Positions 44,127 to 52,055 are shown, counted from the first letter of the stretch. The stretch is DNA of 56,345 bases from an uncultured Candidatus Saccharibacteria bacterium (GCA_964531475.1 CAZHCS010000004.1:1-56345); one strand, 5' to 3'. Numbers and translations are program-made. Notes: a model not told the origin generated them from the sequence alone.

Positions 44127-44158
44127 AAGCCCCGTTTGCCATCTGGCAAACGGGGCTT
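44127..44158. terminator. bidirectional terminator (hypothetical / efp)
   Basis: AAGCCCCGTTTGCCA-TC-TGGCAAACGGGGCTT: 15-bp stem. Confidence 0.8.
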
Positions 44159-44219
44159 CACTTTTGGTTCTAATTTCTTTCGTGCGACTTATGACTTCTT
44201 ACTTACGACTTGCTCCATC

Positions 44220-44813
44220 TTACGCATCAAAACTGTCTTTGTACCTCTCGACATATTCTCCAGTTTCGGTATTGACGATTATCTTGTCGCCAGCTTCGAC
44301 GAAAAGTGGAACTGAAAGCGTCGCGCCGTTTTCAAGCGTCACAACTTTGTTGCCTCCGGTTGCGGTGTCACCCTTGATGGACGGCGGCGCGTCTTTGACA
44401 GCGAATGCCATTTTAATCGGGAGTTCGAGCGCGATGATCTGTTCTTCGTCATCATCGTTGGTGAAGATACTTGCAGTGGCCTCGGTATTTTCTTTGAGGA
44501 ATTTGAGCTGGTCGCCCAAGAGTTCTCCCGAAAGGAACATGCGGTCAGCTGGGTTTTTTGGATCTACGAAGCAGAGCTCGTCCTTTTTCTGGAAGAGGAA
44601 CTTGAGCGTTCGCTTGCCCATGTCGGCTTCTTCGACCTTGTCCGAGACGTGGAATGTCGTCTCGACCATGCGGCCAGAGATGAGGTTCTTGAGCTTGGTT
44701 GCGTTGACCGGCTTTCGTTGCTGCTTTCGGAACACGTGCGCGTCGACAACGAGCCACGGCTCGCCTTCGTACATAATGACTTTGTTTTTGCGTACTTCGC
44801 TATAAGTTAACAT
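44220..44813 (-). CDS. efp: elongation factor P
   Basis: The ATG at 44813 gives MLTYSEVRKNKVIMYEGEPW..IKGDTATGGNKVVTLENGATLSVPLFVEAGDKIIVNTETGEYVER. The listed ORF start at 44963 is an upstream read-through. Confidence 0.9.
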   Translation of the reverse strand: MLTYSEVRKNKVIMYEGEPWLVVDAHVFRKQQRKPVNATKLKNLISGRMVETTFHVSDKVEEADMGKRTLKFLFQKKDELCFVDPKNPADRMFLSGELLGDQLKFLKENTEATASIFTNDDDEEQIIALELPIKMAFAVKDAPPSIKGDTATGGNKVVTLENGATLSVPLFVEAGDKIIVNTETGEYVERYKDSFDA

Positions 44814-44820
44814 GGGTTGT

Positions 44821-44826
44821 ATTCTA
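44821..44826 (-). promoter_or_regulatory. -10 box TAGAAT 7 nt before the efp ATG (leaderless geometry)
   Basis: Minus strand reads acgcTAGAATacaacccATG. Confidence 0.45.
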
Positions 44827-44862
44827 GCGTATTTTAAGAAAAAGGGAAGGAAATAGGTACTA

Positions 44863-44890
44863 TTGACAATTAAAGTGAAATGTGTATAAT
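44863..44890 (+). promoter_or_regulatory. consensus-like promoter of the small membrane-protein gene
   Basis: TTGACA (44863-44868), 16 nt, TATAAT (44885-44890). Confidence 0.65.
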
Positions 44891-44909
44891 ATAACAAAAC
44901 ACTACGACA

Positions 44910-45221
44910 ATGACACAGAACCTTGCGAACAATGCTCACTGGGCCCTGGAACAACACAAGCACATGACCAAGCTCCGCCGGAAGTACTGGTTGCTCAAGG
45001 TCCTGATGTGCCTCCAGGTCCCGTTCATCATGGCCTACATGCTGTGGCTTGGCTCAGATCTGGCCAATTTCAGCTCCCTTAGCCGCAACACCCAAGAGGG
45101 ACTGGTGATCGCGATCGTCATGACGATCGTCCTCGCTGTCGCCGGCAACATCGTCGGCATGCTCAAGATCGAAGAGGCTCGCCTCGAGATCAAGAAAGAA
45201 GAAGGGGAGATGAAGCTGTAG
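44910..45221 (+). CDS. small two-TM membrane protein, hypothetical
   Basis: 103 aa. Helices WLLKVLMCLQVPFIMAYMLWL and LVIAIVMTIVLAVAGNIVGML. Flanked by a promoter and a terminator. Confidence 0.55.
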   Translation: MTQNLANNAHWALEQHKHMTKLRRKYWLLKVLMCLQVPFIMAYMLWLGSDLANFSSLSRNTQEGLVIAIVMTIVLAVAGNIVGMLKIEEARLEIKKEEGEMKL

Positions 45222-45240
45222 AGCGACGATCCTCGGAACG

Positions 45241-45268
45241 AAGACCGCTGGTAATCCGGCGGTCTTTT
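45241..45268 (+). terminator. intrinsic terminator
   Basis: AAGACCGCTGG-TAAT-CCGGCGGTCTT followed by TTCCTTTT. Confidence 0.7.
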
Positions 45269-45299
45269 CCTTTTGATGAAAAATTAGTACATTGTTCCA

Positions 45300-45977
45300 G
45301 TGGAAAAAGTTTTGAAACTCTACAAAGAACTCGGTGAAACGCCGCTCGCGTGTCTCGAGCGGTTTCGTGCTGCGCATCCGGAATACGCAAATGAAAAAAT
45401 GACCTACGCTGGACGGTTGGATCCGATGGCAGAAGGCTTGCTCATCGCGCTCGTGGGGGAAGAGTGCAAGCAGAAAGATGCGTACCTCGGACTCGACAAG
45501 GAATACATCTTCGAGGTTTTCTTTGGTATCCAGACCGACTCATACGATATTCTAGGAATTCCGAAATTCTCCGAGAAAAAAGTTTTTGATATAAAAAGTT
45601 TTGTTGGGAAAAAGATTCAAGAATATCCGCCGTATTCATCGCGGACGTTCGAGATGGCAAGAGAGGGAATTGAATTTGAAGCTCCGACAAAAGAAGTCGA
45701 AGTTTATAATTTGGAAATGTTAGAAGAGCGGGAAATCTCCGCTAGGAATTTCCTAGCGGAGATTTCCCGCCGCATTGCGTTGGTAAAAGGTGATTTCCGC
45801 CAAGAAGAAATCCTGACGGCGTGGGATAACGTACTTGAGAATTCTTTGGAAACTTTCCGGATCGCGAAATTTAAAATCAATTGCTCATCCGGCACGTATG
45901 TTCGAAGTATCGCGAACCAAATGGGTGGGATTGCATGGAGCATCAAGCGCACGCGCGTCGGCGAATACTTCATATGA
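45300..45977 (+). CDS. truB: tRNA pseudouridine(55) synthase TruB (short, no PUA domain)
   Basis: GTG start. YAGRLDPMAEGLL is the catalytic Asp motif. Confidence 0.85.
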   Translation: MEKVLKLYKELGETPLACLERFRAAHPEYANEKMTYAGRLDPMAEGLLIALVGEECKQKDAYLGLDKEYIFEVFFGIQTDSYDILGIPKFSEKKVFDIKSFVGKKIQEYPPYSSRTFEMAREGIEFEAPTKEVEVYNLEMLEEREISARNFLAEISRRIALVKGDFRQEEILTAWDNVLENSLETFRIAKFKINCSSGTYVRSIANQMGGIAWSIKRTRVGEYFI

Positions 45978-46001
45978 AAACACCGCCCCGAAGGGCGATG
46001 T

Positions 46002-46391
46002 TCAAGTAATGTTCGGGCGTAGGAATTCTATCAAGGTGTGTCCCTTGGCAGCTTCTTTGATCATCCTCTCTACGCCAGCAAAGAATGCTACCGTGCTGTC
46101 TCTAGTCTTCAAGACGGCCTCTGTCCCGAGCGTTATATCTATGCCAAACGGGTAGATCATGACATCCTTGACGACCACCTTATTGGTATTAGACAACCAG
46201 AGGTTTTTCAAAAGATCTTCTCCTAAATTTTTCTTCCAAGGTTCTATCCTGTAGTTTGATGGCGATAGTGATATAGCCCCTCCGTGTTTGAAAACAACAG
46301 GATACCTGTGCGAGATAAAAGACCCAGGCGACTCGAGGGTGAAAACCTTTCTGTTCTTCCATGTCTTCCAGAAAACAAGAATTTGTCCCAT
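46002..46391 (-). CDS. hypothetical protein
   Basis: 129-aa ORF with its own promoter at 46410-46438. Confidence 0.45.
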   Translation of the reverse strand: MGQILVFWKTWKNRKVFTLESPGSFISHRYPVVFKHGGAISLSPSNYRIEPWKKNLGEDLLKNLWLSNTNKVVVKDVMIYPFGIDITLGTEAVLKTRDSTVAFFAGVERMIKEAAKGHTLIEFLRPNIT

Positions 46392-46409
46392 GGTATTTTA
46401 TTTTCAAGC

Positions 46410-46438
46410 AGTCTACGCCCTTCGTTTAGTTCGGTCAA
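46410..46438 (-). promoter_or_regulatory. promoter of the 46002-46391 gene
   Basis: Minus strand reads TTGACC (46438-46433), 17 nt, TAGACT (46415-46410). Confidence 0.5.
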
Positions 46439-46448
46439 GCTAGTTGAC

Positions 46449-46661
46449 ATGTATAGAAAATCCTGTAAAGTGTGTATCCAAAAACAAGTAGCAATGCAAC
46501 CAGTTCCTTTGACCGACGAAGACGCCTGGCGGCGTGAACAGATCCTGAACGAGAAATGTTTCGGCAAATTCTCCGAGGAGAATCCTGACATGAGCGACGA
46601 GAAGTATCTTCCTCGCGAGCCTGCAACACTCGCGCTCAAGATCGATCGTCGTGCCGCCTGA
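46449..46661 (+). CDS. small hypothetical protein (start uncertain; alternative ATG at 46494)
   Basis: In-frame ATGs lie inside listed ORF 46284..46661. A strong terminator follows. The upstream part of the listed ORF overlaps the divergent gene. Confidence 0.3.
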   Translation: MYRKSCKVCIQKQVAMQPVPLTDEDAWRREQILNEKCFGKFSEENPDMSDEKYLPREPATLALKIDRRAA

Positions 46662-46666
46662 AGCAC

Positions 46667-46691
46667 GAAGCCCCCGTTTAGCGGGGGCTTC
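46667..46691. terminator. bidirectional terminator
   Basis: GAAGCCCCCG-TTTAG-CGGGGGCTTC followed by TTCTTTTTC. Confidence 0.8.
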
Positions 46692-46716
46692 TTCTTTTTC
46701 TTTTGGAACCCTAAGA

Positions 46717-47145
46717 CTAGATGAATGCGTTGATGATTAGCGAAAAGACGATGAAAAGGACAAGATTGTATCCTGCCGAGATTAGAAATCCTTTCCAGGC
46801 CCACGCACGTGGACGTGCGCTCCACATCCATTGTCCGGCGAGTGTTGGTATTATAAATCCGAGCCAGATCCATATCACGTTAGATATAGGCGTCATCGCT
46901 TGGACTGCTCCTATTATGTAATGCCACAATACGTACACTTGCAAAATGACAAGTGCAAATTGTGTTATATAAAGTTGCCACATCTTCTTCTGAATCTCTC
47001 GCATTTTTTCGGCGGGCATGTTTGGATCGGCACCGATCGCTTTCATGTACGTCGGCCCAAAAAGCGCCTGGCTGTGCCAAGCCATGCCAATAATCATGGC
47101 TGCTACAGCGCATATCAATACCGCGAGCCAACTGACTTCTATCAT
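46717..47145 (-). CDS. DUF1761-like small membrane protein
   Basis: 142 aa, 4 TM segments. WLAVLICAVAAMIIGMAWHSQALFGPTYMKAIG. The family call is from recollection. Confidence 0.5.
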   Translation of the reverse strand: MIEVSWLAVLICAVAAMIIGMAWHSQALFGPTYMKAIGADPNMPAEKMREIQKKMWQLYITQFALVILQVYVLWHYIIGAVQAMTPISNVIWIWLGFIIPTLAGQWMWSARPRAWAWKGFLISAGYNLVLFIVFSLIINAFI

Positions 47146-47181
47146 AGAAATTATTATTAAGTGCTAACAACTATTATTCTA

Positions 47182-48723
47182 TCACTTTGTGACCTTGTAG
47201 AAAAAGCCATCACGGGCGCCAAAGTATAGTGCGCCATTCCAGAGCGCCGGCGTCGATTCGATGCATGAACCGCTTGGGATAGATATTTCAGAAATAAATT
47301 TTGGTCTCGCAGGATCTACTAGATCGTAGAAACGCATACGGCCGTCGCAGGTTGCCACTAACAACTCGTTCTCGGAAACAATAGGAGAAGACCATGCGTG
47401 CGCGCCTATATCGTCGCGATAGGTGACAGAGCCGTCACGAATATCTATTACTAGCAATTCGCCTGGGTTCGTTGGTACATATAAAAAGTTTTCATGGAGG
47501 GCTGGTGTTGCCCAGACGCCGCCCGGGATCCCGGACACTTTTGATGGCACGTCGACGCTCCATACAAGAGGTTCGGCAAGCTTAGGATCAAGTTTCATGA
47601 TTTGTCCGACTTCGCGCGAGCGCTCATTTAGACGTTCGGCTTCGACTGAGACGTAGAGCATGCCTGATTTGTCTACCACTATACTTGCATCAATATCGTC
47701 GCCGGCCCAGAAATCGAAAACTATCGGAGTTTCTCCCGAAGAAACATTGGCCAAATCTACCCCAAGCACTCTTCCGCCAGAATTGGCAAAATATGCAGTG
47801 TTTTCGAAAAGCGCCACCGAGTTTTCAATACTCATATTTTTATCTCCAACTTTTTTTATGAAATCATCGTCATACGAAGGCAGCGTAGCTATCACAGTAG
47901 GGTAAACAGAAACGCGACCGTTCGCATCGTATGCGCGATTTAGCTTGATGACGAAGAACCATCCGTTTTCGCCACCGGTCACGAGCATGTCGTCGATAAT
48001 GACTGGGTTTGCATCCCAATCGTCGTTCCATATGCCTGGCAGATCTTTGGAATCAAGATGCCACAATTCTTTTGTTGTGTCGTCTTCGAGCGAGACGATG
48101 CGCAGCTTGTTGTCACGCGAGCCGAAGTAGATGAGAGGATATCCATTAGGGTCGAGAGTCACCGATCCTTTGATTATATCGTCCGTTGGAAAAGGTGCGC
48201 GCGATTCTTTGCCTGTTTGGGCATCCACGAAGTGTATTTTTTTGTCGTATGCGCCAAAGATTATTTCAGTAATACCATCGTGTTCGTAAACGACTGGTTG
48301 ACCGGTCCAGCCATTGCCACACCATTGTTTCAAGACACCTTTGTCTGTGCTTTCTGAACACATAGCGTTTTGTGGGTAGCGCCATGCTATGTCGCCATCT
48401 TTTGGCATCGCGCCAGAACCGTACCAACTTCTAGTAGGGTTGCCGCGAAACATCGAGAGCGTCGAACCATAGCGTTCACCGACAGTGTGCGCCGAGCGTG
48501 CTAGTGGCGGTGGATTATCAAAACGTTCTTCGACCGACTGAACAGCGGTAACGGTTTCGGTTTTTATTAGTGATACGACGCGGGATAGTGCTTCGATTGT
48601 TGTGTCGGCCCCGGCCAGCGCTACATGAGATGCCACGGCAATGATGAGCGCGGCCGACGCAGCAAAAAGCGCGCGTCGGCCGCGGCTCTTTGGACGGTAC
48701 TCTTGGTAGAATTCATACTTCAC
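47182..48723 (-). CDS. secreted PQQ-like / BamB-like beta-propeller repeat protein
   Basis: N-terminal TM/signal segment. Repeated blades such as LLVATCDGRMRFYDL, FLYVPTNPGELLVIDIRDGS and ALYFGARDGFFYKV. GTG start. Confidence 0.7.
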   Translation of the reverse strand: MKYEFYQEYRPKSRGRRALFAASAALIIAVASHVALAGADTTIEALSRVVSLIKTETVTAVQSVEERFDNPPPLARSAHTVGERYGSTLSMFRGNPTRSWYGSGAMPKDGDIAWRYPQNAMCSESTDKGVLKQWCGNGWTGQPVVYEHDGITEIIFGAYDKKIHFVDAQTGKESRAPFPTDDIIKGSVTLDPNGYPLIYFGSRDNKLRIVSLEDDTTKELWHLDSKDLPGIWNDDWDANPVIIDDMLVTGGENGWFFVIKLNRAYDANGRVSVYPTVIATLPSYDDDFIKKVGDKNMSIENSVALFENTAYFANSGGRVLGVDLANVSSGETPIVFDFWAGDDIDASIVVDKSGMLYVSVEAERLNERSREVGQIMKLDPKLAEPLVWSVDVPSKVSGIPGGVWATPALHENFLYVPTNPGELLVIDIRDGSVTYRDDIGAHAWSSPIVSENELLVATCDGRMRFYDLVDPARPKFISEISIPSGSCIESTPALWNGALYFGARDGFFYKVTK

Positions 48724-48782
48724 ATGCTTATTTTACAGAAATTTAAAGAGATGGGAAGTCTTCCGAGTGGGCGCACTGCGAA

Positions 48783-48815
48783 GCACAAACGCCCGATATG
48801 ATCGGGCGTTTGTGC
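48783..48815 (-). terminator. 15-bp perfect hairpin just 3' of tmRNA
   Basis: GCACAAACGCCCGAT-ATG-ATCGGGCGTTTGTGC. Confidence 0.55.
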
Positions 48816-48822
48816 GTAGTAG

Positions 48823-49204
48823 TGGAGGCGACGGTGTTGAAACCGCGTCCAAGGGATTTTCTTCACAAGGTCTACATGCGTAGGTTGTTTTTTGATTTAA
48901 GCCCTTGTCCTAGAGAACAAACAAAACAGACAGGGGCCGAGTCTTGGGTTTTCGTCGCGCAGGCAGACAGGCTGTGCGCTTATCCCGATTGTATTATGCC
49001 TCTTTGCCTTATCGGAAGTCAGAGCAAAGAGACACCGGCAGCGCTATTAAGCGAACGCCGGAGCGAAGCCGCTCTTTGCGAATTGCAAAGGAGACTTCAC
49101 CAATCCTTTAGATTTTGCATCTAGAGGGTTGAAGCTTTTTAGCGAGATGCTTCAGCTCGGCATGCGTTATGAAGAAGGCATCCGATGTCGAAACGAGCGC
49201 CCCC
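48823..49204 (-). ncRNA. ssrA: tmRNA (SsrA)
   Basis: The 5' end is GGGGGCGCUCGUUUCGACAUCGG and the 3' end is ..GCGGUUUCAACACCGUCGCCUCCA. Acceptor pairing GGGGGCG/CGCCUCC includes G3:U70. An internal tag frame starts at GCA (49118) and ends UAA UAG (49049-49044). Lies 37 nt downstream of smpB on the same strand. CCA is not encoded. Confidence 0.85.
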
Positions 49205-49241
49205 ATGTTGAAGGCTTCAGAGAAACCTGCAAAAGGGGAGG

Positions 49242-49685
49242 CTAGTTTTTGAGTCGGCGACCTAAGTCTTTTTCAATGTCCCGCTTCTTAATACTAAGAC
49301 GTTTGTCGAATTTTTTCTTACCTTTCGCAAGCGCGATGGCAAGTTTCAAGTTCCGGCCCTTATTATACAATGAAAGTGGTATAATTGTCAAGTTACCGCC
49401 ACGCTTCTTTTCAGCGAGCTCGCGGAGCTCTTTTTTCGAGAGTAGTAGTTTCCGCTCCCGATGCGGATTGTAGCTATCTGGCGTGTTGGCTACCTGATAT
49501 GGCGGGATATATGCGTTAACTAGAAACGCTTCTTCGTCTCGTAGCGTTACATAGCTTTCGCTTATCGAGCCCTGACCGGCCTTGAGTGACTTTACTTCAA
49601 ATCCCAAGAGAGAAATACCCGCCTCGAATGTTTCAAGCGTCGTGTAATCGCGTCCGGCTTTGGCGTTGCGGGCAAGTGTTTCCAT
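49242..49685 (-). CDS. smpB: SsrA-binding protein SmpB
   Basis: The ATG at 49685 gives METLARNAKAGRDYTTLETFEAGISLLGFEVKSLK. The listed upstream extension runs through the palindromic element. Confidence 0.92.
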   Translation of the reverse strand: METLARNAKAGRDYTTLETFEAGISLLGFEVKSLKAGQGSISESYVTLRDEEAFLVNAYIPPYQVANTPDSYNPHRERKLLLSKKELRELAEKKRGGNLTIIPLSLYNKGRNLKLAIALAKGKKKFDKRLSIKKRDIEKDLGRRLKN

Positions 49686-49764
49686 CACGTTAGAAATAGG
49701 TCGCGGTTGTACCTTAGTATGCCTTTGGGGTATCACCGTTAGCGACCGCGATTTCTAACGTGAT
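49684..49764 (-). promoter_or_regulatory. 14-bp perfect inverted repeat (53-nt loop) covering the smpB start codon, copy 2 of 2
   Basis: ATCACGTTAGAAAT (49684-49697) pairs with ATTTCTAACGTGAT (49751-49764). Inner extra pairing CGCGG/CCGCG. Flanks match copy 1 at 19/21 and 21/24 positions. Confidence 0.6.
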
Positions 49765-49770
49765 TCATGG

Positions 49771-49799
49771 TTGGCCTTTGGGCCCGTTCATTGTATAAT
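49771..49799 (+). promoter_or_regulatory. promoter of ftsH
   Basis: TTGGCC (49771-49776), 17 nt, TATAAT (49794-49799). The ATG at 49812 lies 12 nt further on. Confidence 0.55.
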
Positions 49800-49811
49800 G
49801 ACGGGACTTTT

Positions 49812-51770
49812 ATGCCAAACGAGCCTATAAAACAAAAGAAAAAGAAAAGTCGCAAAGACGGTGGCTTTTCCGGCAAGCTTTTAAGCGTCTTTTTTATATT
49901 TTTGTCAATACTGGCGCTTTATTCCATATTCTCCGATACGTCAGGCAAGCCCGAAGATATATCTTTGTCCGAACTTGCTTACGAAATCAAAACCGGCACG
50001 GTCGCCGACATTGTTGTCGAAGGTGACAAGCTAGTCATCACGCGCAATGACGAAGCAAAAACAGTTGTGTACTCAAAAAAAGAACGCGAGTCGTCTCTTT
50101 CTGAAACTCTTGGAAATTATGGCGTGACTCCCGAAGCCTTGGCGCAAACGACAATCACTATAAAAAGTGAATCAGGATTTTTATTCTGGGTAGGTAATTT
50201 GTTACCGTTTCTCATTCCGGTAATCTTTATAATTCTTTTCTTTTGGTTTATCAGCAGGCAGGTCAAAGGCCAGGGCATGCAAGCTTTTTCTTTCGGTGAG
50301 TCAAAGGCCAAAATTACTGACCCTGAAGATGCGAGCAAGGTAACATTTAAAGACGTTGCTGGTGTTAAAGAGGCCAAAGAAGAGCTAGAAGAGATTGTCG
50401 ATTTCTTGCGCAATCCGAAAAAGTTCATCGACATTGGCGCGCAGATACCAAAAGGTGTTTTACTCGAAGGTGCGCCAGGTACCGGTAAGACCTTGCTTGC
50501 TCGCGCAGTTGCCGGCGAAGCCAACGTACCATTCTTTCATTTGTCCGGATCAGATTTTGTTGAAATGTTTGTTGGTGTTGGTGCATCGCGTGTTCGCGAC
50601 CTGTTTAAGATGGCGAAAAAAGCTGCACCATCGATCGTTTTTATCGACGAGATCGATGCTGTTGGAAGAAAGCGCGGTTCGGGTTTTGGTGGCGGAAACG
50701 ATGAACGCGAACAGACTCTCAACCAGATTTTGACCGAGATGGATGGTTTCGAGCAGAATCAAAAGGTAATAGTAATGGCAGCTACCAATCGTGCGGACGT
50801 ACTTGATCCAGCACTCCTTCGCCCGGGACGCTTTGATCGACGTGTTGTTGTCGAGTTGCCTGACAGGAAAGATCGCGAAGAGATTTTACTCATCCATGCT
50901 CGCAAAAAGCCACTCGAGAAAGATGTAGATTTGAAAGTAGTTGCTGAACGTACGCCAGGGTTTTCTGGGGCAGATTTGTACTCACTTATGAACGAAGCTG
51001 CTATCCGAGCGGCTCGCCAAAATAGAAAGAAAGTCTTGCAGGAAGATGTTATTTCTTCGATCGAAAAAGTTTTGATCGGTCCGGAAAGGAAGAGTCATTT
51101 GCTGTCTCCGCGTGAGAAAAAGATCACGGCTTACCACGAAGCGGGACACGCACTCGTCGCGTCGGTACTTCCTGACGCTGATCCGGTACACAAAGTTACT
51201 ATCGTATCGCGCGGTCGCGCTGGTGGTTTTACTATGAAGCTTCCACTCGAAGAAAAAAAGCTTCAGCCTCGCAAGGATTATTTGGATGACATTGCCATGT
51301 CGCTTGGCGGATATGCTGCGGAAAAAATAGTCTTCGGTGATATTACGACTGGCCCGTCATCGGACCTACAGGTCGCGTCGCGTTTGGCTAGGGCCATGGT
51401 TACCAAGTGGGGTATGTCGGATGTAATCGGGCCAGTTGCTCTCGAAGGTCGCGACAGCGAAGTTATGTACGGTCGCGGCTTCGGCGACAAAGAACATTCT
51501 GACCAGATGGCGGCGACGATTGACGCCGAAGTAAAAAAGATAATCGATGATAGTTTGAAAGTCGCAGAGCAGGTTATCAACGACAAGCGCGAAGTATTGA
51601 ATGCTATTGCTGAAGCTTTGATCGAAAAAGAATCGCTCGAACAAAAAGAATACAACGAACTTATTGAAAAATTCGGCATCAAACCGAAAAAGCTCCCGGA
51701 ACATGCGAAAGCAGCCGGCGATCCGAAGCCAGAAATCACCGATGTGCCGAAGGAGGAATTGAAGAAGTAA
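49812..51770 (+). CDS. ftsH: ATP-dependent zinc metalloprotease FtsH
   Basis: [39 protein letters not shown]. Two N-terminal TM segments. ATG at 49812 is preferred over the listed 49767. Confidence 0.95.
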   Translation: MPNEPIKQKKKKSRKDGGFSGKLLSVFFIFLSILALYSIFSDTSGKPEDISLSELAYEIKTGTVADIVVEGDKLVITRNDEAKTVVYSKKERESSLSETLGNYGVTPEALAQTTITIKSESGFLFWVGNLLPFLIPVIFIILFFWFISRQVKGQGMQAFSFGESKAKITDPEDASKVTFKDVAGVKEAKEELEEIVDFLRNPKKFIDIGAQIPKGVLLEGAPGTGKTLLARAVAGEANVPFFHLSGSDFVEMFVGVGASRVRDLFKMAKKAAPSIVFIDEIDAVGRKRGSGFGGGNDEREQTLNQILTEMDGFEQNQKVIVMAATNRADVLDPALLRPGRFDRRVVVELPDRKDREEILLIHARKKPLEKDVDLKVVAERTPGFSGADLYSLMNEAAIRAARQNRKKVLQEDVISSIEKVLIGPERKSHLLSPREKKITAYHEAGHALVASVLPDADPVHKVTIVSRGRAGGFTMKLPLEEKKLQPRKDYLDDIAMSLGGYAAEKIVFGDITTGPSSDLQVASRLARAMVTKWGMSDVIGPVALEGRDSEVMYGRGFGDKEHSDQMAATIDAEVKKIIDDSLKVAEQVINDKREVLNAIAEALIEKESLEQKEYNELIEKFGIKPKKLPEHAKAAGDPKPEITDVPKEELKK

Positions 51771-51776
51771 AAAGAT

Positions 51777-51799
51777 AAAAGCCCCCAAGTGGGGCTTTT
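51777..51799. terminator. bidirectional terminator (ftsH / tRNA locus)
   Basis: AAAAGCCCC-CAAGT-GGGGCTTTT, with T-runs on both strands. Confidence 0.8.
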
Positions 51800-51808
51800 A
51801 TCTTTTTG

Positions 51809-51850
51809 TCCGCCCTCTAGGATTCGAACCTAGGACCCCAGAGGTATATG
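51809..51850 (-). pseudogene. 3' half of a second tRNA(UAU)-like gene (anticodon-loop remnant, V loop, T arm, acceptor 3' strand)
   Basis: Minus strand reads CAUAUAC-CUCUG-GGGUC-CUAGG-UUCGAAU-CCUAG-AGGGCGG-A. No matching 5' half is adjacent. The complementary acceptor strand lies at 52049-52055. Confidence 0.6.
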
Positions 51851-51863
51851 AATTATTCCAGAG

Positions 51864-51937
51864 TCCGTCCTCCTGGATTCGAACCAGGGACCCCAGAGGT
51901 ATAAGCTCTGTGCTCTAACCAACTGAGCTAAGGACGG
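51864..51937 (-). tRNA. tRNA with anticodon UAU (reads AUA; tRNA-Ile2-like)
   Basis: 74-nt cloverleaf. Acceptor CCGUCCU/AGGACGG. D arm GCUC-AGUUGGUUA-GAGC. Anticodon stem CAGAG/CUCUG with loop CUUAUAC. V loop GGGUC. T arm CCUGG-UUCGAAU-CCAGG. Discriminator A. CCA not encoded. Confidence 0.85.
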
Positions 51938-51958
51938 ACTCTAGAATTTTCAAATTCG

Positions 51959-52020
51959 TATAACGGATTTGCTCGGATTCGATGAGAGCAAGCTCTCGCC
52001 GATCCTCACTGCCCGTTATA
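51959..52020 (-). other. 62-nt hairpin insert with 8-bp TATAACGG/CCGTTATA ends, located in the anticodon loop of the disrupted tRNA
   Basis: UAUAACGG..GGAU..GAGAG-CUUG-CUCUC..AUCC..CCGUUAUA. Both arms repeat the UUAUA of the anticodon loop. Confidence 0.55.
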
Positions 52021-52055
52021 AGCTCTGGTGCTTAACCAACTAAAGCTTTGGGCGG
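52016..52055 (-). pseudogene. 5' half of the disrupted tRNA(UAU)-like gene
   Basis: Minus strand reads CCGCCCA-AA-GCUU-UAGUUGGUU-AAGC-A-CCAGAG-CUUAUAA. Pairs 6/7 with the AGGGCGG strand at 51810-51816. Has A at position 8 and an irregular D arm, so it looks degenerate. Confidence 0.55.

Noticed and set aside
43972-44805. 277-aa plus-strand Ser/Leu-rich ORF.
   Set aside because: It runs antisense through efp and through the bidirectional terminator at 44127-44158. The translation is low-complexity.
46244-46873. 209-aa minus-strand ORF.
   Set aside because: It overlaps three better-supported units (46002-46391, the small plus-strand ORF with its terminator, and the DUF1761-like gene) and reads through a terminator hairpin.
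48798-49124. 108-aa plus-strand ORF in the track.
   Set aside because: It lies entirely antisense within the tmRNA gene. It has no promoter or RBS, and the composition of the translated product is implausible.
49686-49811. Upstream extensions of the listed smpB (to 49736) and ftsH (from 49767) ORFs.
   Set aside because: The extensions run through the palindromic element and the ftsH promoter. The conserved N-termini begin at 49685 (METLARNAKAGRDY) and 49812 ([12 protein letters not shown]).
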